This document shows positions 47,517 to 57,700 of a stretch of DNA of 64,000 nt, piece after piece (position 1 is the first letter of the stretch; the number at the start of each line of letters is the position of its first letter). Source of the stretch: an uncultured virus (IMG/VR IMGVR_UViG_3300028590_000012) (lineage: Duplodnaviria > Heunggongvirae > Uroviricota > Caudoviricetes); IMG/VR virus record IMGVR_UViG_3300028590_000012, one strand, 5' to 3'. The notes beneath the pieces are model-generated. The model did not search any database. It was not told the origin of the DNA and was given only the letters and a program-made list of their open reading frames with translations. Position numbers and translations under genes: made by a program.

Positions 47517-48187
47517 ATGAGTCAGAAGGTGTACCCCACCCCGGCCTCAATCCGTGGGATGAAGGGGTTGGGTGATTTAAAGTCAGGCTCTCCGGTCATC
47601 TTTGCGTTCACAGTGGTCCCCGCGCAACCCGTCAGCAAAGAGAGCAGCCACAGGAATCCCATGACTACGGCTGCGGTGATGATGAGTCTCCAAATCACAA
47701 CCAGTGAAAGCTTTCATTATCAATCGTGGTGGCAGGGAACTCCACGACGTTTGTAAGCCTCTCAGGACGGGCTTTACGCTGCACCCATGCCATGGCCACA
47801 CAGAACCCCGCAAAGGCTCCTAGGGCGATTATAGAGGCGAAGATGCGGGTCATATCACAACTGGCACCGGCCAGAAAGGTTTTCCAAGTCGCGTGACAGT
47901 TCGCGGATTCGCCTTTCCTGATTCACAAGAAAAGACGCAGCAGCGCATCGCAGTTCTTCAGAATCACCTTGCGCTGTGCAAACAGGCTCAGGAGGTTCAG
48001 GCAAAAGTGTTCGCTGAATCTTGTTTTGGATCTGCTCTACCGAGTCTGCAAGAGCGTCAATGGCCTGAGAAAGGCGACTTTCCCGCTCCTCCAGTTCAGA
48101 CATAGGACGAGAAGAAATTCCTCCAATGTGATTTGCGACATATGATGCGGTTTGGGTATTTGTCATAGATTTTATTTGGTTGAATGT

Positions 48188-48622
48188 TTATGGAATTGCT
48201 CCTACGGCTGGGGCTGCGGCTGCACCTAGAACAGTTGTCCCCATAATGTATTGGCCAACTTTGCCAATAGTGGTGCCGAGCCCTGAAAAGAAAGCGTCCC
48301 ACGCATAGGACGCCCTCTGGGATGCCATAAGAGGTTGCTGCGTGGTGGTCGTCACCCCATCCTTTACAGTGGTTGTTTCAGCGAACTTCCCTTCATATCC
48401 AGTCGGCATGGACCGATCCACGACAACCTCGTAGCCACCCTTTTTAACGGTGATCTTGCTGGGTCCAAAGTTGTCATTCCCATTCTGATAGGCTGTGGCC
48501 ATGAATTCCACGCGAGTTCCGTCTTTGGTTTTTCCAGCTACCGGGACACTGATGCGTTCTCCTGGACCAGCGGCGCAGGCCGCGAGCAGGCAGAGGATGA
48601 GTGCTATGGGGATGTATTTCAT
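48188..48622 (-). CDS. Lipoprotein, candidate spanin
   Basis: MKYIPIALILCLLAAC lipobox; hydrophobic C-terminus. Confidence 0.55.
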   Translation of the reverse strand: MKYIPIALILCLLAACAAGPGERISVPVAGKTKDGTRVEFMATAYQNGNDNFGPSKITVKKGGYEVVVDRSMPTGYEGKFAETTTVKDGVTTTTQQPLMASQRASYAWDAFFSGLGTTIGKVGQYIMGTTVLGAAAAPAVGAIP

Positions 48623-48640
48623 AAAGTATTGTTGAACAAG

Positions 48641-48904
48641 TCACCTGTTGTTGGGGTTTCCGTAGTTCCTTCGTACACGTTCTGCTTTCTTGGCGAATTC
48701 CTTGTTAACCTCTGCTGGAGACTTCATCGGATACTGCTTGTCGGGAACCTGTTGGATTCCAGTTTCCTTGGCGTGCTCTTGGTCAAATACACGGTCAGCG
48801 GCATCCACGGTCTTGCGAATGTTCTCCCGCTGATTATCGGGGATCTTGTGGTACACGGTCCTCCACAGCTTGTTCCCGAACATCTTGGAGAACCATCCGC
48901 TCAT
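48641..48904 (-). CDS. Hypothetical protein
   Basis: Coupled to the upstream ORF. Confidence 0.45.
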   Translation of the reverse strand: MSGWFSKMFGNKLWRTVYHKIPDNQRENIRKTVDAADRVFDQEHAKETGIQQVPDKQYPMKSPAEVNKEFAKKAERVRRNYGNPNNR

Positions 48905-49200
48905 TTGTTCAGTTGGTCGTACGCAGCCTTCACCGCCAAAGAAATGACGGCCTCACGCACCGGCTCGATGTAGCTGGTGGCGGTGTCCTTCAGGAGTGGT
49001 TTGATTTCCGAAACCACCCACGAGTGCCGCGCCTCGCCAGAAAGAAGAGTCGGATCAGCCGCAGCATGAGTGATATAGGCTGTGGCCTTTTCGGTGGCCT
49101 TGGTGAGGAGTTCAGAGAGAGCTTTGGCAAAAAGCGGAGCGAGTGCCGCCGCTAGCTGCTTCGTGACGCCAAGGAAACTGGCGAGAAGTTTGTTCCACAT
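48901..49200 (-). CDS. Hypothetical Ala/Leu-rich protein
   Basis: Follows TTGACA-N17-TATGGA (49237-49209). Confidence 0.5.
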   Translation of the reverse strand: MWNKLLASFLGVTKQLAAALAPLFAKALSELLTKATEKATAYITHAAADPTLLSGEARHSWVVSEIKPLLKDTATSYIEPVREAVISLAVKAAYDQLNK

Positions 49201-49286
49201 GAGCACCATCCATAGACACCGGCATGGGAGATGTCAACTCGTGAAATCAATTGACATTGGATTAGCTTTCAGGATAACTCAATGCC

Positions 49287-50039
49287 ATGCCAAAGAAATT
49301 AAACCTTGCAGGTACCAGATTTTCACGATTGCTGGTCCTCGATGAGCATCCCATACGGAACGGCGGAAAAGTATGCTGGGAGTGCATTTGTGATTGCGGT
49401 CAGAAGTGTTATCCAAGTGGAACCAATTTAAAGACCGGTAACTCTACATCGTGCGGATGCTTCAAACAGGAACGTTCAGCGGCAGCTAAAACTACTCATG
49501 GGTTTTCAAAAAATGTTTCCGAATACCGGATATGGAAAAACATGAAGAGCAGATGCCTGAACCAGAGAAACCCGGCATTTAAAAACTATGGATCACGCGG
49601 CATAGCTGTATGTGATAGATGGAAAAATTCTTTTCAAAACTTCTTGTCCGATATGGGGAGACGCCCATCCACCCACCATTCCATAGACCGAATTGACAAC
49701 AATGGAAATTATGAACCCGGGAACTGCCGGTGGGCCACTGAATTCGAACAATCCAACAACAAGTCTTCAACTGTGATAATTGACGCTCACAAGAAGCCTG
49801 TTGCACTCACCATGTATCTTCGTTTTCTCGGAATTCCCGGCCTCCCTGTTTACAAGCTTCGCCATCGCTACCCAGATGCTTCAATGCAGGACATTATCAA
49901 TTTCCAATTAGAAAACCTTGGAAAGAGGGTGCGATTTCGCGCATGGCTCAAAACAAGGACCGCCAAGCCCCTGCCTGCCTATGTCGTGACTCCATCTGAT
50001 CAGACTGCCCCCACAATGTGGCCACAAGCCCCGCTATGA
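49287..50039 (+). mobile_element. Free-standing HNH homing endonuclease, opposite strand to neighbours
   Basis: WECICDCG...TSCGC...YRIWKNMKSRC...YGSRGIAVCDRW...SIDRIDNNGNYEPGNCRWAT. Confidence 0.85.
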
Positions 50040-50268
50040 CTCCGATAGCGGAAGACATGGCCAAGGATATCTCGGGGAAGTATCCGAGTGGACGCTCGCC
50101 AGTGATAGCCGTCTGGCACAACGTCAGAATGGAAACCGCGATAATGGCGACATAGAGTCTTGGAGCAACTCCAAGACCTTTTCTTCCCATGGCTACAAGC
50201 AACGCGATGGAAAGCGTCACCGTCACTGCTGCACAAAATATCAAAATGTATTGTTCGCCCATACTCAT
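49948..50268 (-). CDS. Membrane protein (3 TM)
   Basis: Three hydrophobic segments. Confidence 0.5.
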   Translation of the reverse strand: MSMGEQYILIFCAAVTVTLSIALLVAMGRKGLGVAPRLYVAIIAVSILTLCQTAITGERPLGYFPEISLAMSSAIGVIAGLVATLWGQSDQMESRHRQAGAWRSLF

Positions 50269-50358
50269 ATCCTCCCTATACGAATAGCATCGCACACCAC
50301 CAACCATCCGTCTCCTCGGGGATTGCCTGATTCACTCCTATCCATGAACCAGTTGACC

Positions 50359-50688
50359 TTATCGGGCGTCATCTTTGCGAAAACTCAGAAGGAGTTCCAA
50401 ACCCTTGAAAAACAGAGGAGGGACAATCTTGGGGATTCCGCGAATGATTCCCAGGCCAGACACTCCCAGAAGGAATGCGACTCCCGCGTAAAGCTGGTCT
50501 GAAGGTATTGGCCACCAGAGATTTATAAACGGCGTTCCGACGACGGCAACGCAAAAACCGCCGAAGACCTGTACAAAAGCTGGGGCAAATCTCCTGGTCG
50601 GCTTGAGGGCGAAGGCAATGATGCCTCCAGCAGCGCCAAACACCGCAACATCCGCTCTAATGTTTTGCGCCCACTCAGGGAGGTTCAT
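50359..50688 (-). CDS. Holin-like membrane protein
   Basis: GAAGGII...GVAFLLGVSG; 3 TM. Confidence 0.6.
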   Translation of the reverse strand: MNLPEWAQNIRADVAVFGAAGGIIAFALKPTRRFAPAFVQVFGGFCVAVVGTPFINLWWPIPSDQLYAGVAFLLGVSGLGIIRGIPKIVPPLFFKGLELLLSFRKDDAR

Positions 50689-50697
50689 CGCGGGAGT

Positions 50698-50949
50698 TTA
50701 CGGATTCCCGTTCGTCTTGGCAACAGGTTCCGCAACTGACTTGTTGGACAATACCTCAGTAGAGGATCGGTCGATAAATGCGCGAAAAACCACCATTCCC
50801 GCAAGCGTAACTCCCAGCCAGAACTTGGCCCGCGATTCAAGGTCTGAAGAAAAAGCGGAATTTAGGTCAGTAGAGGCTTGAGTGGCCGCTGCAATGGCGG
50901 TGTAAAGCAATCCGCGCAGGAAGAAAGAGAAGCTGGACATTGGGGTCAT
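50698..50949 (-). CDS. Small membrane protein (holin-like)
   Basis: 2 TM, ...VFRAFIDRS. Confidence 0.5.
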   Translation of the reverse strand: MTPMSSFSFFLRGLLYTAIAAATQASTDLNSAFSSDLESRAKFWLGVTLAGMVVFRAFIDRSSTEVLSNKSVAEPVAKTNGNP

Positions 50950-50974
50950 TTGTGTTTGCCTCCTTCGAGACGAT

Positions 50975-51508
50975 TTAATTACTAGGTTGCGAAATAGCAG
51001 GGTTGAACATGAAATCAGGGAACCGTTCGCCGTAACTTTTCTGCCAAAGAAGTGCCACAAAACGCATCTGTGTGGTTATCTGGAGGTTGCGAACCTGATC
51101 AGCAGATCTAAACTGTGATTCTTGTTCGGTTTGCTTCTCAGTCCACTTTGCCTCACTGGCTTTTGTTTCTGCCTCCATCCTATCAAGCCTGTCTCCAATC
51201 GCCGCGATAGCCACGTTAAGTTCATTGCGGTCCCGGATCGACACCTCTGCCTTGGACTCCAATGGGTTGACTGCATTCTGGATGGAGAAGGACACGAACA
51301 TTGCCAGCATCCCAATGCTTGGCAGAACAATGGCTACCACTACGGAGATGGCCGCGAAGATGAGAGCCCAGTTGGTACGTCCTGTAGATCCAAGCCTGTC
51401 TAGGATCTGGCGAACTTCTCCAGAAAGCTTTTCCTGTCCCTCTATGAGGCCACCAACTTGGGCCTCCAACCTTGCCAACCGCTCTGTTTCAGTGGGATCT
51501 CCACTCAT
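50975..51508 (-). CDS. Membrane-anchored coiled-coil protein
   Basis: ERLARLEAQV...TNWALIFAAISVVV. Confidence 0.55.
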   Translation of the reverse strand: MSGDPTETERLARLEAQVGGLIEGQEKLSGEVRQILDRLGSTGRTNWALIFAAISVVVAIVLPSIGMLAMFVSFSIQNAVNPLESKAEVSIRDRNELNVAIAAIGDRLDRMEAETKASEAKWTEKQTEQESQFRSADQVRNLQITTQMRFVALLWQKSYGERFPDFMFNPAISQPSN

Positions 51509-53118
51509 GGTCCAACAAGTATCCAATTATACGTGGATGTGTCGGTAATGGCCCCAGTAAACAGCGCCGTCCCGTTAAATACCTGAACCGTGGGAGGTCC
51601 CGACACAGTTCCTCCAATAACTCGAAGAGTTGGAATAATTGTAGATCTTGTCGTAATAGCTGCATTTGTAATGCTCTGGGTTCCGCTGACCAAAACCACT
51701 GTCCCGCTAGATACTAGCTTTACTGTAGCAAATAGTGGAGAAACGGCATCCAGAAAAACCTGTCCCGCGATAGCGTGTCCCGCATTCGTAAGATGTACGC
51801 CGTCTGAATAGTAAGTTACATTACTTGCTGCGGCTTGTGGCCCTATGGTAGAATTGGCTGCAAAATCAACCAAAGCATCAGCGAATGTTGACCAGTTTGC
51901 CCGCAGCCATGTATTAAATGTATTTCTGGCGGTCTCAAATCCTGCTGAATCTTGACCTCCCGAAAATGATGCAGATCTTGGAAGAATTGTGCATGCAATT
52001 ACTTTCCATTGAGGGTTGAAGGTTTTTCTAGCCGCGCAGAAAGACTGATAATTCGTTTCTAACGTCCCAACAGAACCATTGGTCGCCAGGTCATTTGTTC
52101 CTGCAAATAATGATGTGAGATTAGTTTTACCAGGTACATAACTTGCGTTTACCATGGAAGAATTAAGGGATGCGATAACCGCCATAGTCGCTCCAGACTG
52201 TGCGGAATATTTCGGTGTTACAGGAAGCTGTGCTGCTGCAATTCCTGAATATGACTGGGCCAACGTACTCGCATTACTGCCAATTGTAAGACTGTCGCCA
52301 GTAAAGTTTAGGACATTGTCCCCAACTGAAGAAACTCCATGGTACGAAAATATACTGGAGATTTCCTGCTGTGAAAGCGTACGGTTGAATACATAACAGG
52401 CAATAGTTGGGTTCCCCCAAGGATACTGTCCTCCTTCAAATATGAATAACTTGGTCAGAGTGTCTGTTCCAGAATTATTACCTGTACCTGTAAAAAACAA
52501 GCCATTTGAACAAACCGTGGTAAGCGTAGATGAAAACGCAGTCGCTACCCCATTCACTGGTTGGGAGAAAACCGTTCCAATGAATCGAGTTGGGTTGTAT
52601 ATAGTTATTGATGGCTCATTAGAGTAAGCAATCATGCCACCTGTACTTACAGGGTTGGTCGCTATAAGCGTGCCATTTTGATTGATCGGCGCTTGGATCG
52701 GGCTGCCAATCCATACAACAGTCAGGCTTTGGTAGTTGATGGACAGACCAGTCAAATCATACCCTATATTTTGCCCAGGAGGAGGAATGGCACCGTTTGC
52801 CGTCCATGTCCATTGAGCAGCAGTACTAGATTGGACCAAGGAATTTCCGTTTCCCGATTTGTCATTCCATTGACTGACTCTGCCTGACGACAAAATAACA
52901 TCATCAATGGACCATGCCGCAATACAACCAGAAAATTGCCATGGTAATACAGGAACGGTTTTGGGAACACTGCTGCCAATTACCAACATCCCTGTTCCAG
53001 TCCATGTGCCAGTGCTCCAGATAGAACCATTCCAATAGGAATTACGGACGTTTCCGGTGGATTGACCGAAGGCTGTTATTGTCCAACAAGCGAAGAGGAG
53101 CGCGAAGAGTTTTTTCAT
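51505..53118 (-). CDS. SGNH/GDSL esterase-domain protein with LamG-like region and signal peptide
   Basis: GDSLT, GTND, DGVHL; VSQWNDKSGNG; N-terminal MKKLFALLFACWTITAFG. Confidence 0.8.
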   Translation of the reverse strand: MKKLFALLFACWTITAFGQSTGNVRNSYWNGSIWSTGTWTGTGMLVIGSSVPKTVPVLPWQFSGCIAAWSIDDVILSSGRVSQWNDKSGNGNSLVQSSTAAQWTWTANGAIPPPGQNIGYDLTGLSINYQSLTVVWIGSPIQAPINQNGTLIATNPVSTGGMIAYSNEPSITIYNPTRFIGTVFSQPVNGVATAFSSTLTTVCSNGLFFTGTGNNSGTDTLTKLFIFEGGQYPWGNPTIACYVFNRTLSQQEISSIFSYHGVSSVGDNVLNFTGDSLTIGSNASTLAQSYSGIAAAQLPVTPKYSAQSGATMAVIASLNSSMVNASYVPGKTNLTSLFAGTNDLATNGSVGTLETNYQSFCAARKTFNPQWKVIACTILPRSASFSGGQDSAGFETARNTFNTWLRANWSTFADALVDFAANSTIGPQAAASNVTYYSDGVHLTNAGHAIAGQVFLDAVSPLFATVKLVSSGTVVLVSGTQSITNAAITTRSTIIPTLRVIGGTVSGPPTVQVFNGTALFTGAITDTSTYNWILVGP

Positions 53119-53465
53119 GGGTTATTCTTGTCGATGATCGTCCATTGGGTGTCTCCACCAGCAATTGTCCAAAGGGTTCCTGCATCCCTAGGCGCAAAGA
53201 ATACCTCGTCTCCGGTAGGCGCAACACCACCAGGAAGCACTGAGAAGTCATTGATCCCAGAAGGAGCCTCCACGACCACGGCAGGAGTTCCGCCACTGGC
53301 AGCGTTGATGTTGGCAATGTTCGTGGAAAGCTTGTAAAGCAAATCCCATGTCCGGTCTTGGTAGTTTGGACTCACAAAATTGGTAACGTAGGGTTCCAGA
53401 TCGGCAACCGCTTTGTAGAGAAGATCCCACTCGCGGTCCTGAAAGTTTGGGGTGAGGACTGGCAT
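53115..53465 (-). CDS. Structural-region hypothetical protein with internal repeat
   Basis: PNFQDREWDLLYK / PNYQDRTWDLLYK. Confidence 0.55.
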   Translation of the reverse strand: MPVLTPNFQDREWDLLYKAVADLEPYVTNFVSPNYQDRTWDLLYKLSTNIANINAASGGTPAVVVEAPSGINDFSVLPGGVAPTGDEVFFAPRDAGTLWTIAGGDTQWTIIDKNNP

Positions 53466-53469
53466 GGCA

Positions 53470-53790
53470 TCACACTAGTCCGGCTGCCTGCGCACGAGAC
53501 GCGAGGCTGTCTTCTTCCGCTGCGTCTGTGGCTTCGGAGGAGGCTTGGTTCTCGTATTCCTCTTCGTTCTCTTCCTCGTCAACCATTTCGTCCTCGTCTT
53601 CCTTGAGGGCTACCCCGTTGATCTCAACAAGGCACAGTCGGTCGCCTTTCTTGCGCACTGTGGCAACAATTTCCTTCTCGTCTCCTTCACGGAGATCCGC
53701 CACATCGACACCCACAGGGACATCGAACTCGGGATACTCTGATTCCTTTTTACCGATGCCGATTGCCAGCATCATTTTGTCTTTGTCCAT
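53470..53790 (-). CDS. Acidic hypothetical protein
   Basis: 106 aa, E/D-rich. Confidence 0.55.
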   Translation of the reverse strand: MDKDKMMLAIGIGKKESEYPEFDVPVGVDVADLREGDEKEIVATVRKKGDRLCLVEINGVALKEDEDEMVDEEENEEEYENQASSEATDAAEEDSLASRAQAAGLV

Positions 53791-53794
53791 AATT

Positions 53795-54475
53795 TTAGGT
53801 GGCTGCCCGCATGTAGTCTGCGGTGGGTGAAGGTTTGAGGAACATCAGAAGATATTGGAACTCGCGGTAGAGGGTGTTCCACATCTTTCCGCGAAGAATG
53901 TAGCGCATATTGTTTGGAGCCAGACCATATTTTCGTGCAAGCCCCTTTACAGATGCGCCTTCTAGGTAATGCGCCTTAAGAGCTTCGCGCACTTTCTCTG
54001 CCGTCATTTTCTGGGCCATTCCATTTGTACTGGTGGATTTTGTGCGGTTATGAACATCCGCCCAGAGTTTTCGATTCAGGATCAAACTGATATTGCCAGC
54101 GTCATAGTTCATGATCCCCTTAATTTCCGCCAAGGTCTTTCCTTCGGAATACAGGTCAAAGATTTTGTGGATCTTTTCCACCGTCATGCGCGTAGATGAT
54201 TTCTTACGCTCGTTGTCTCTCACGGAGAGGAATTGCACATTTTCTGGACAATATCCCAGTTCATTGTCAATCCGGTCTGTGTGAAGGCCCTTCTTCCATC
54301 CTTTCGACAAGGCAAACTCTTCAAAAGCAAAATAGTTCTCGCGCCATTCTTGGCACACCGAGATTCCGCGAGCGCCATAATGTTTGAAGGAAATGTGTTT
54401 TGGATTATGGCACCGCTGGATCATGGAACGCCACACGCTATAAACCGGACCAAGGGATTTATGGGATTTATACAT
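53795..54475 (-). mobile_element. Free-standing HNH homing endonuclease downstream of the capsid gene
   Basis: WRSMIQRC...YGARGISVCQEW...DRIDNELGYCPENV plus two HTH-like repeats. Confidence 0.8.
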
Positions 54476-54560
54476 TGGCGAATTGTATGAAGATTTACTC
54501 TCAAAAACAACCTAACTTCTCTCGCCAAAATGAATTGGCGAGAGATTGTTAAGTTGCTGA

Positions 54561-55748
54561 TTACGAGCAGATTGCTACATCATAATTGCATGTAGCAGTT
54601 CGCTTGTACAGCAGGCTGTATGCCCATTCCGTGCGCTTCGGCTGGGACCCCTGCATACTCTCCGAGTAGAAGAACCCTTGGTTGCCAAGGATGTTGCAGT
54701 TGTTGTCCCGGTTGTTGATCCAGATGAAGTCGCCACGGTAGTTAACCGGGTCGAACTTGGTGTTTCCACCAGGGCTGGTGATGGCCGAGGCAACGCGGGA
54801 GGTGTAAGCCTCCGGGTTGAAGATGAACGCCACTTCATACGGAGCGGTGAGGTAGGCCGGGTTGACAACCGCTTGGTTGCCTTCCGACGCTGCCGCAGTC
54901 GTGTAGTAAGGCACACGCACATATTCACCATCGGTGAACGTGTAGCGGGGCACCTGCATGTCCGCGATGTAGATGTAGTTCATGTAAGCCCAGGTCGCGC
55001 CCAGAGGAGCGAGCAGGGTGTTGGCCTCACTGGAGAAGCGGATGTCCTGACGGATGTCGTTGTTCTGCTTCTTCAACGCATTGATGATTTCCGGGGAAGC
55101 AATCAAAGCGAACTGCTTCTGACCGTCGATCTTGGCGTATTCGCCAGTCGCGTTATCACGGGCAAGCTGGAGCCAGTAGGCATCCAGGTAACCCTGTTGG
55201 AGCGTGGTGATGGGCTCAACCGCCGGGAAATCCTGATCCGATCCGCTCGAAGAAGCGCTGTAGGGGTCAAGGGAGTCCAGGACGATGTGGTTGCCAGAGA
55301 GACGCAGGAATTCATCGCGGTAACGATTTTCCCAGATCCAGGTGGTGTTCTCGGACAGCACACGGAATTGCTCCGAAAGCTGCTCACGGACCTGCCAGCC
55401 GTAGCGCAGGTCATTGACGCACAGCACAGGACTCTTAACCGCCAACTGCTGGAGGTTGTAGCTCTTGTAGCTGAACGCATAGTTGATCTGCTGCGGGGTC
55501 GGGTTACAGGTCGTACCGTCGCCGCTGTTGAAGTTCACATCACTCCAGGCTGCGCTGGACACATCAGGTACCGTAGTACGCTGATAGATGAGGGTTTGGA
55601 GGGTGCTTCCAAGTCCCGTTGGGAATTCGGCCTGTTTTACGAGCCGGTTCCACGGGCTGGTCATAATGGCCTTAGCGGCCACCATTTCGGAAATACGACC
55701 GCTTTCTGCGGCCAAAATACTATCTACATTACAGACATCGACTGCCAT
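54561..55748 (-). CDS. Major capsid protein
   Basis: 395 aa, strongly biased codons, follows portal and scaffold, hairpin at 54514-54550 after the stop. Confidence 0.75.
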   Translation of the reverse strand: MAVDVCNVDSILAAESGRISEMVAAKAIMTSPWNRLVKQAEFPTGLGSTLQTLIYQRTTVPDVSSAAWSDVNFNSGDGTTCNPTPQQINYAFSYKSYNLQQLAVKSPVLCVNDLRYGWQVREQLSEQFRVLSENTTWIWENRYRDEFLRLSGNHIVLDSLDPYSASSSGSDQDFPAVEPITTLQQGYLDAYWLQLARDNATGEYAKIDGQKQFALIASPEIINALKKQNNDIRQDIRFSSEANTLLAPLGATWAYMNYIYIADMQVPRYTFTDGEYVRVPYYTTAAASEGNQAVVNPAYLTAPYEVAFIFNPEAYTSRVASAITSPGGNTKFDPVNYRGDFIWINNRDNNCNILGNQGFFYSESMQGSQPKRTEWAYSLLYKRTATCNYDVAICS

Positions 55749-55964
55749 AAAAATTGCCCCGTTATCTGGGGACTTATTGAGGTTTGAATTGCCGCATATG
55801 CGCGGCGGTTGCTTGACTGATCCCTTGAGCCACTAGGGGTCTGCCGATGGCAGGAAGCTCTTCTGATTTGGAATCGAGGTCGAAGCCCTCAACTGGCTTG
55901 AGACATTTTAGCAGCGTCTCGACTGCGATTCGCCTTATCGCATACGACTTGCAACTTGTCTAGG

Positions 55965-56001
55965 AAAAAGAAAAGGGCGGCGGGAGTGATCCTGCCGCCC
56001 G
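55965..56001 (-). terminator. Terminator after the scaffold gene
   Basis: GGGCGGCAGGA...TCCCGCCGCCC-TTTTCTTTTT. Confidence 0.7.
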
Positions 56002-56024
56002 TCTCTTTCTCAGTAACTTCCCGT

Positions 56025-57227
56025 TTACCGAGATAAGCTGGAGGTCAGTTGCGCCGCGAAGTCATCGAAGCTGGTCGCGGCCAGTTCATCACGGGAAGGT
56101 TGTTTCTTGGCCTCCTGCGGGCTGCTGGGCGCTGTCCCCGTGGTGTTGGCCTTGGGAGCCCCATTTCGGAACTTGGCAAGTTCTGCGGTCATTTCCTTGA
56201 TCTTAGCTGCCTGGGACTGTGACAGGCGAACCAGTTCCGGCATGACTGCCGCCGCGTGACCAGCATAGACCTTCAGTTCAGGGGTCCATGTATCGATCTT
56301 CTGGGACTCCATTCCCATGCGGGTGTAGTCCGGGGATGCGTCTTCAGGGAGAAGCTTGGAGAGTGTCTCCTTGAACTTTTCCCCGATGGAGGAAGCGGCC
56401 TTCTCGTATTGCTGGATCTGCTCCTGCTGTTGCTTCTGGGAAAGTTCCTGCTGGCTGCGTATGGATGTTTCGTAGGCTTCCTTGGAGTTGGCCTTAAGAT
56501 CCTGCGCCCGCTTCTGGATGGCCACCATGTTCTTGGCAAGGTCACGAGCATCAGCCCGGATGTCTCCTGCCATGTCCGCGTCCATGCCTTCAAGGAGGCC
56601 GCGCAATGGGCCAAGGTCTCCTTTGGCAAGCTGGGCTACAGCCTGATAGAGCTTATCGCCCTCGATGTTTCCTAGGCGAGCAAGGCTGTCCACCCCTTCA
56701 AAAACCTGATCCAGAGGTTCTTGAACGGCCTTCTTCCACTCTGAGGTTGCCTCCACGCGATGGACGAACAGTTCTCGGTTGGCTTCCTCGATCTGCTTCT
56801 GAACGCTTTGCAGTTCAGCTTCCCGCTGCTTGAGGCGCTCACTGGCTTCCCCGGCCTGCTGGAGCTTTTGTTCCAGTTCGGCCTTCGTGGTGCGCAGGGT
56901 TTTGACCTCCTTCTTGAGTTCACCCCATCGGTAACGGCCTTTCTCGTCAGTAGCAGGGGGAGCGTCGTCAGTTTCCGTGGCCTCCCCTTCTGATTCCGTC
57001 TTCTCCTTGGAAACCTCTTCAGGCTTCTTTTCCTGTTGCTGCTTTTCAACTTCCACCTCTCCGGGGCTTTTGGCCTCGGTTGGGGGTGCAGTTGTTACCG
57101 TGGACCGGCCCGCTTCAAAGCGGGGGTCTTTCGGCATTTCGCCCTGCATTTCATCAAACAATCCTTTTACCGCTGATGCGGCTTCGGTCATGTCGATAGT
57201 CGGTGCTTCTGCTACTGCTTCAGCCAT
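56025..57227 (-). CDS. Capsid scaffolding protein (putative)
   Basis: Acidic disordered N-terminus plus coiled coil; lies between portal and capsid genes. Confidence 0.7.
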   Translation of the reverse strand: MAEAVAEAPTIDMTEAASAVKGLFDEMQGEMPKDPRFEAGRSTVTTAPPTEAKSPGEVEVEKQQQEKKPEEVSKEKTESEGEATETDDAPPATDEKGRYRWGELKKEVKTLRTTKAELEQKLQQAGEASERLKQREAELQSVQKQIEEANRELFVHRVEATSEWKKAVQEPLDQVFEGVDSLARLGNIEGDKLYQAVAQLAKGDLGPLRGLLEGMDADMAGDIRADARDLAKNMVAIQKRAQDLKANSKEAYETSIRSQQELSQKQQQEQIQQYEKAASSIGEKFKETLSKLLPEDASPDYTRMGMESQKIDTWTPELKVYAGHAAAVMPELVRLSQSQAAKIKEMTAELAKFRNGAPKANTTGTAPSSPQEAKKQPSRDELAATSFDDFAAQLTSSLSR

Positions 57228-57236
57228 GGTGCCTCC

Positions 57237-57347
57237 TTATTTCTTTTCCTGCTTTGCGCGGTGATCCGCTCCCCAGGTAGCCTTTTTGCCGGTAGGGGCA
57301 ACGGGCTTGGGAAGCGACTTCATGGTGCTTTTCTTCGGTGTTTTCAT
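57237..57347 (-). CDS. Small basic protein (36 aa)
   Basis: MKTPKKSTMKSLPKP...KQEKK; ATGA overlap with the upstream ORF. Confidence 0.45.
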   Translation of the reverse strand: MKTPKKSTMKSLPKPVAPTGKKATWGADHRAKQEKK

Positions 57348-57700
57348 GATGCGTTTTGGGTTAATTGGTATTCCTGACGGATTTTTGCGATTTCTTCTTT
57401 GCTGAATCCTTGTTGCTCCAGAGCCTTTGTCGCTTCGGCATCGTATTCCATCGGCTGTTCTGATGGCTTCTTAAGCGGCTGAGTAAGCGTAAAGATCCCC
57501 GATACCACAAGGTTTGCCCCGCGTGTCTTCATGGCTTCCAAGGCTGCTTGGTGGATGATGTCTCCCATTTGGGAAAGAGGTTCCTTGGGCTGGAGTTCTG
57601 CTACCGCAATCTGAATGGCTGTTGCGAGAACAGGGTCACCCAGAAGTTCTGCGAGCCTCTTGCAGTTGGCCGGTTCAGAGGTGAATTGGGTTCTGGTCAT
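57344..57700 (-). CDS. Small head-module protein
   Basis: Coupled to the portal stop. Confidence 0.55.
   Translation of the reverse strand: MTRTQFTSEPANCKRLAELLGDPVLATAIQIAVAELQPKEPLSQMGDIIHQAALEAMKTRGANLVVSGIFTLTQPLKKPSEQPMEYDAEATKALEQQGFSKEEIAKIRQEYQLTQNAS

Noticed and set aside
54678..55787. 369-aa plus-strand ORF (likewise 2902-3585, 16394-17299, 35549-36499, and 31711-32553 on minus)
   Set aside because: Antisense shadows of codon-biased genes on the other strand.
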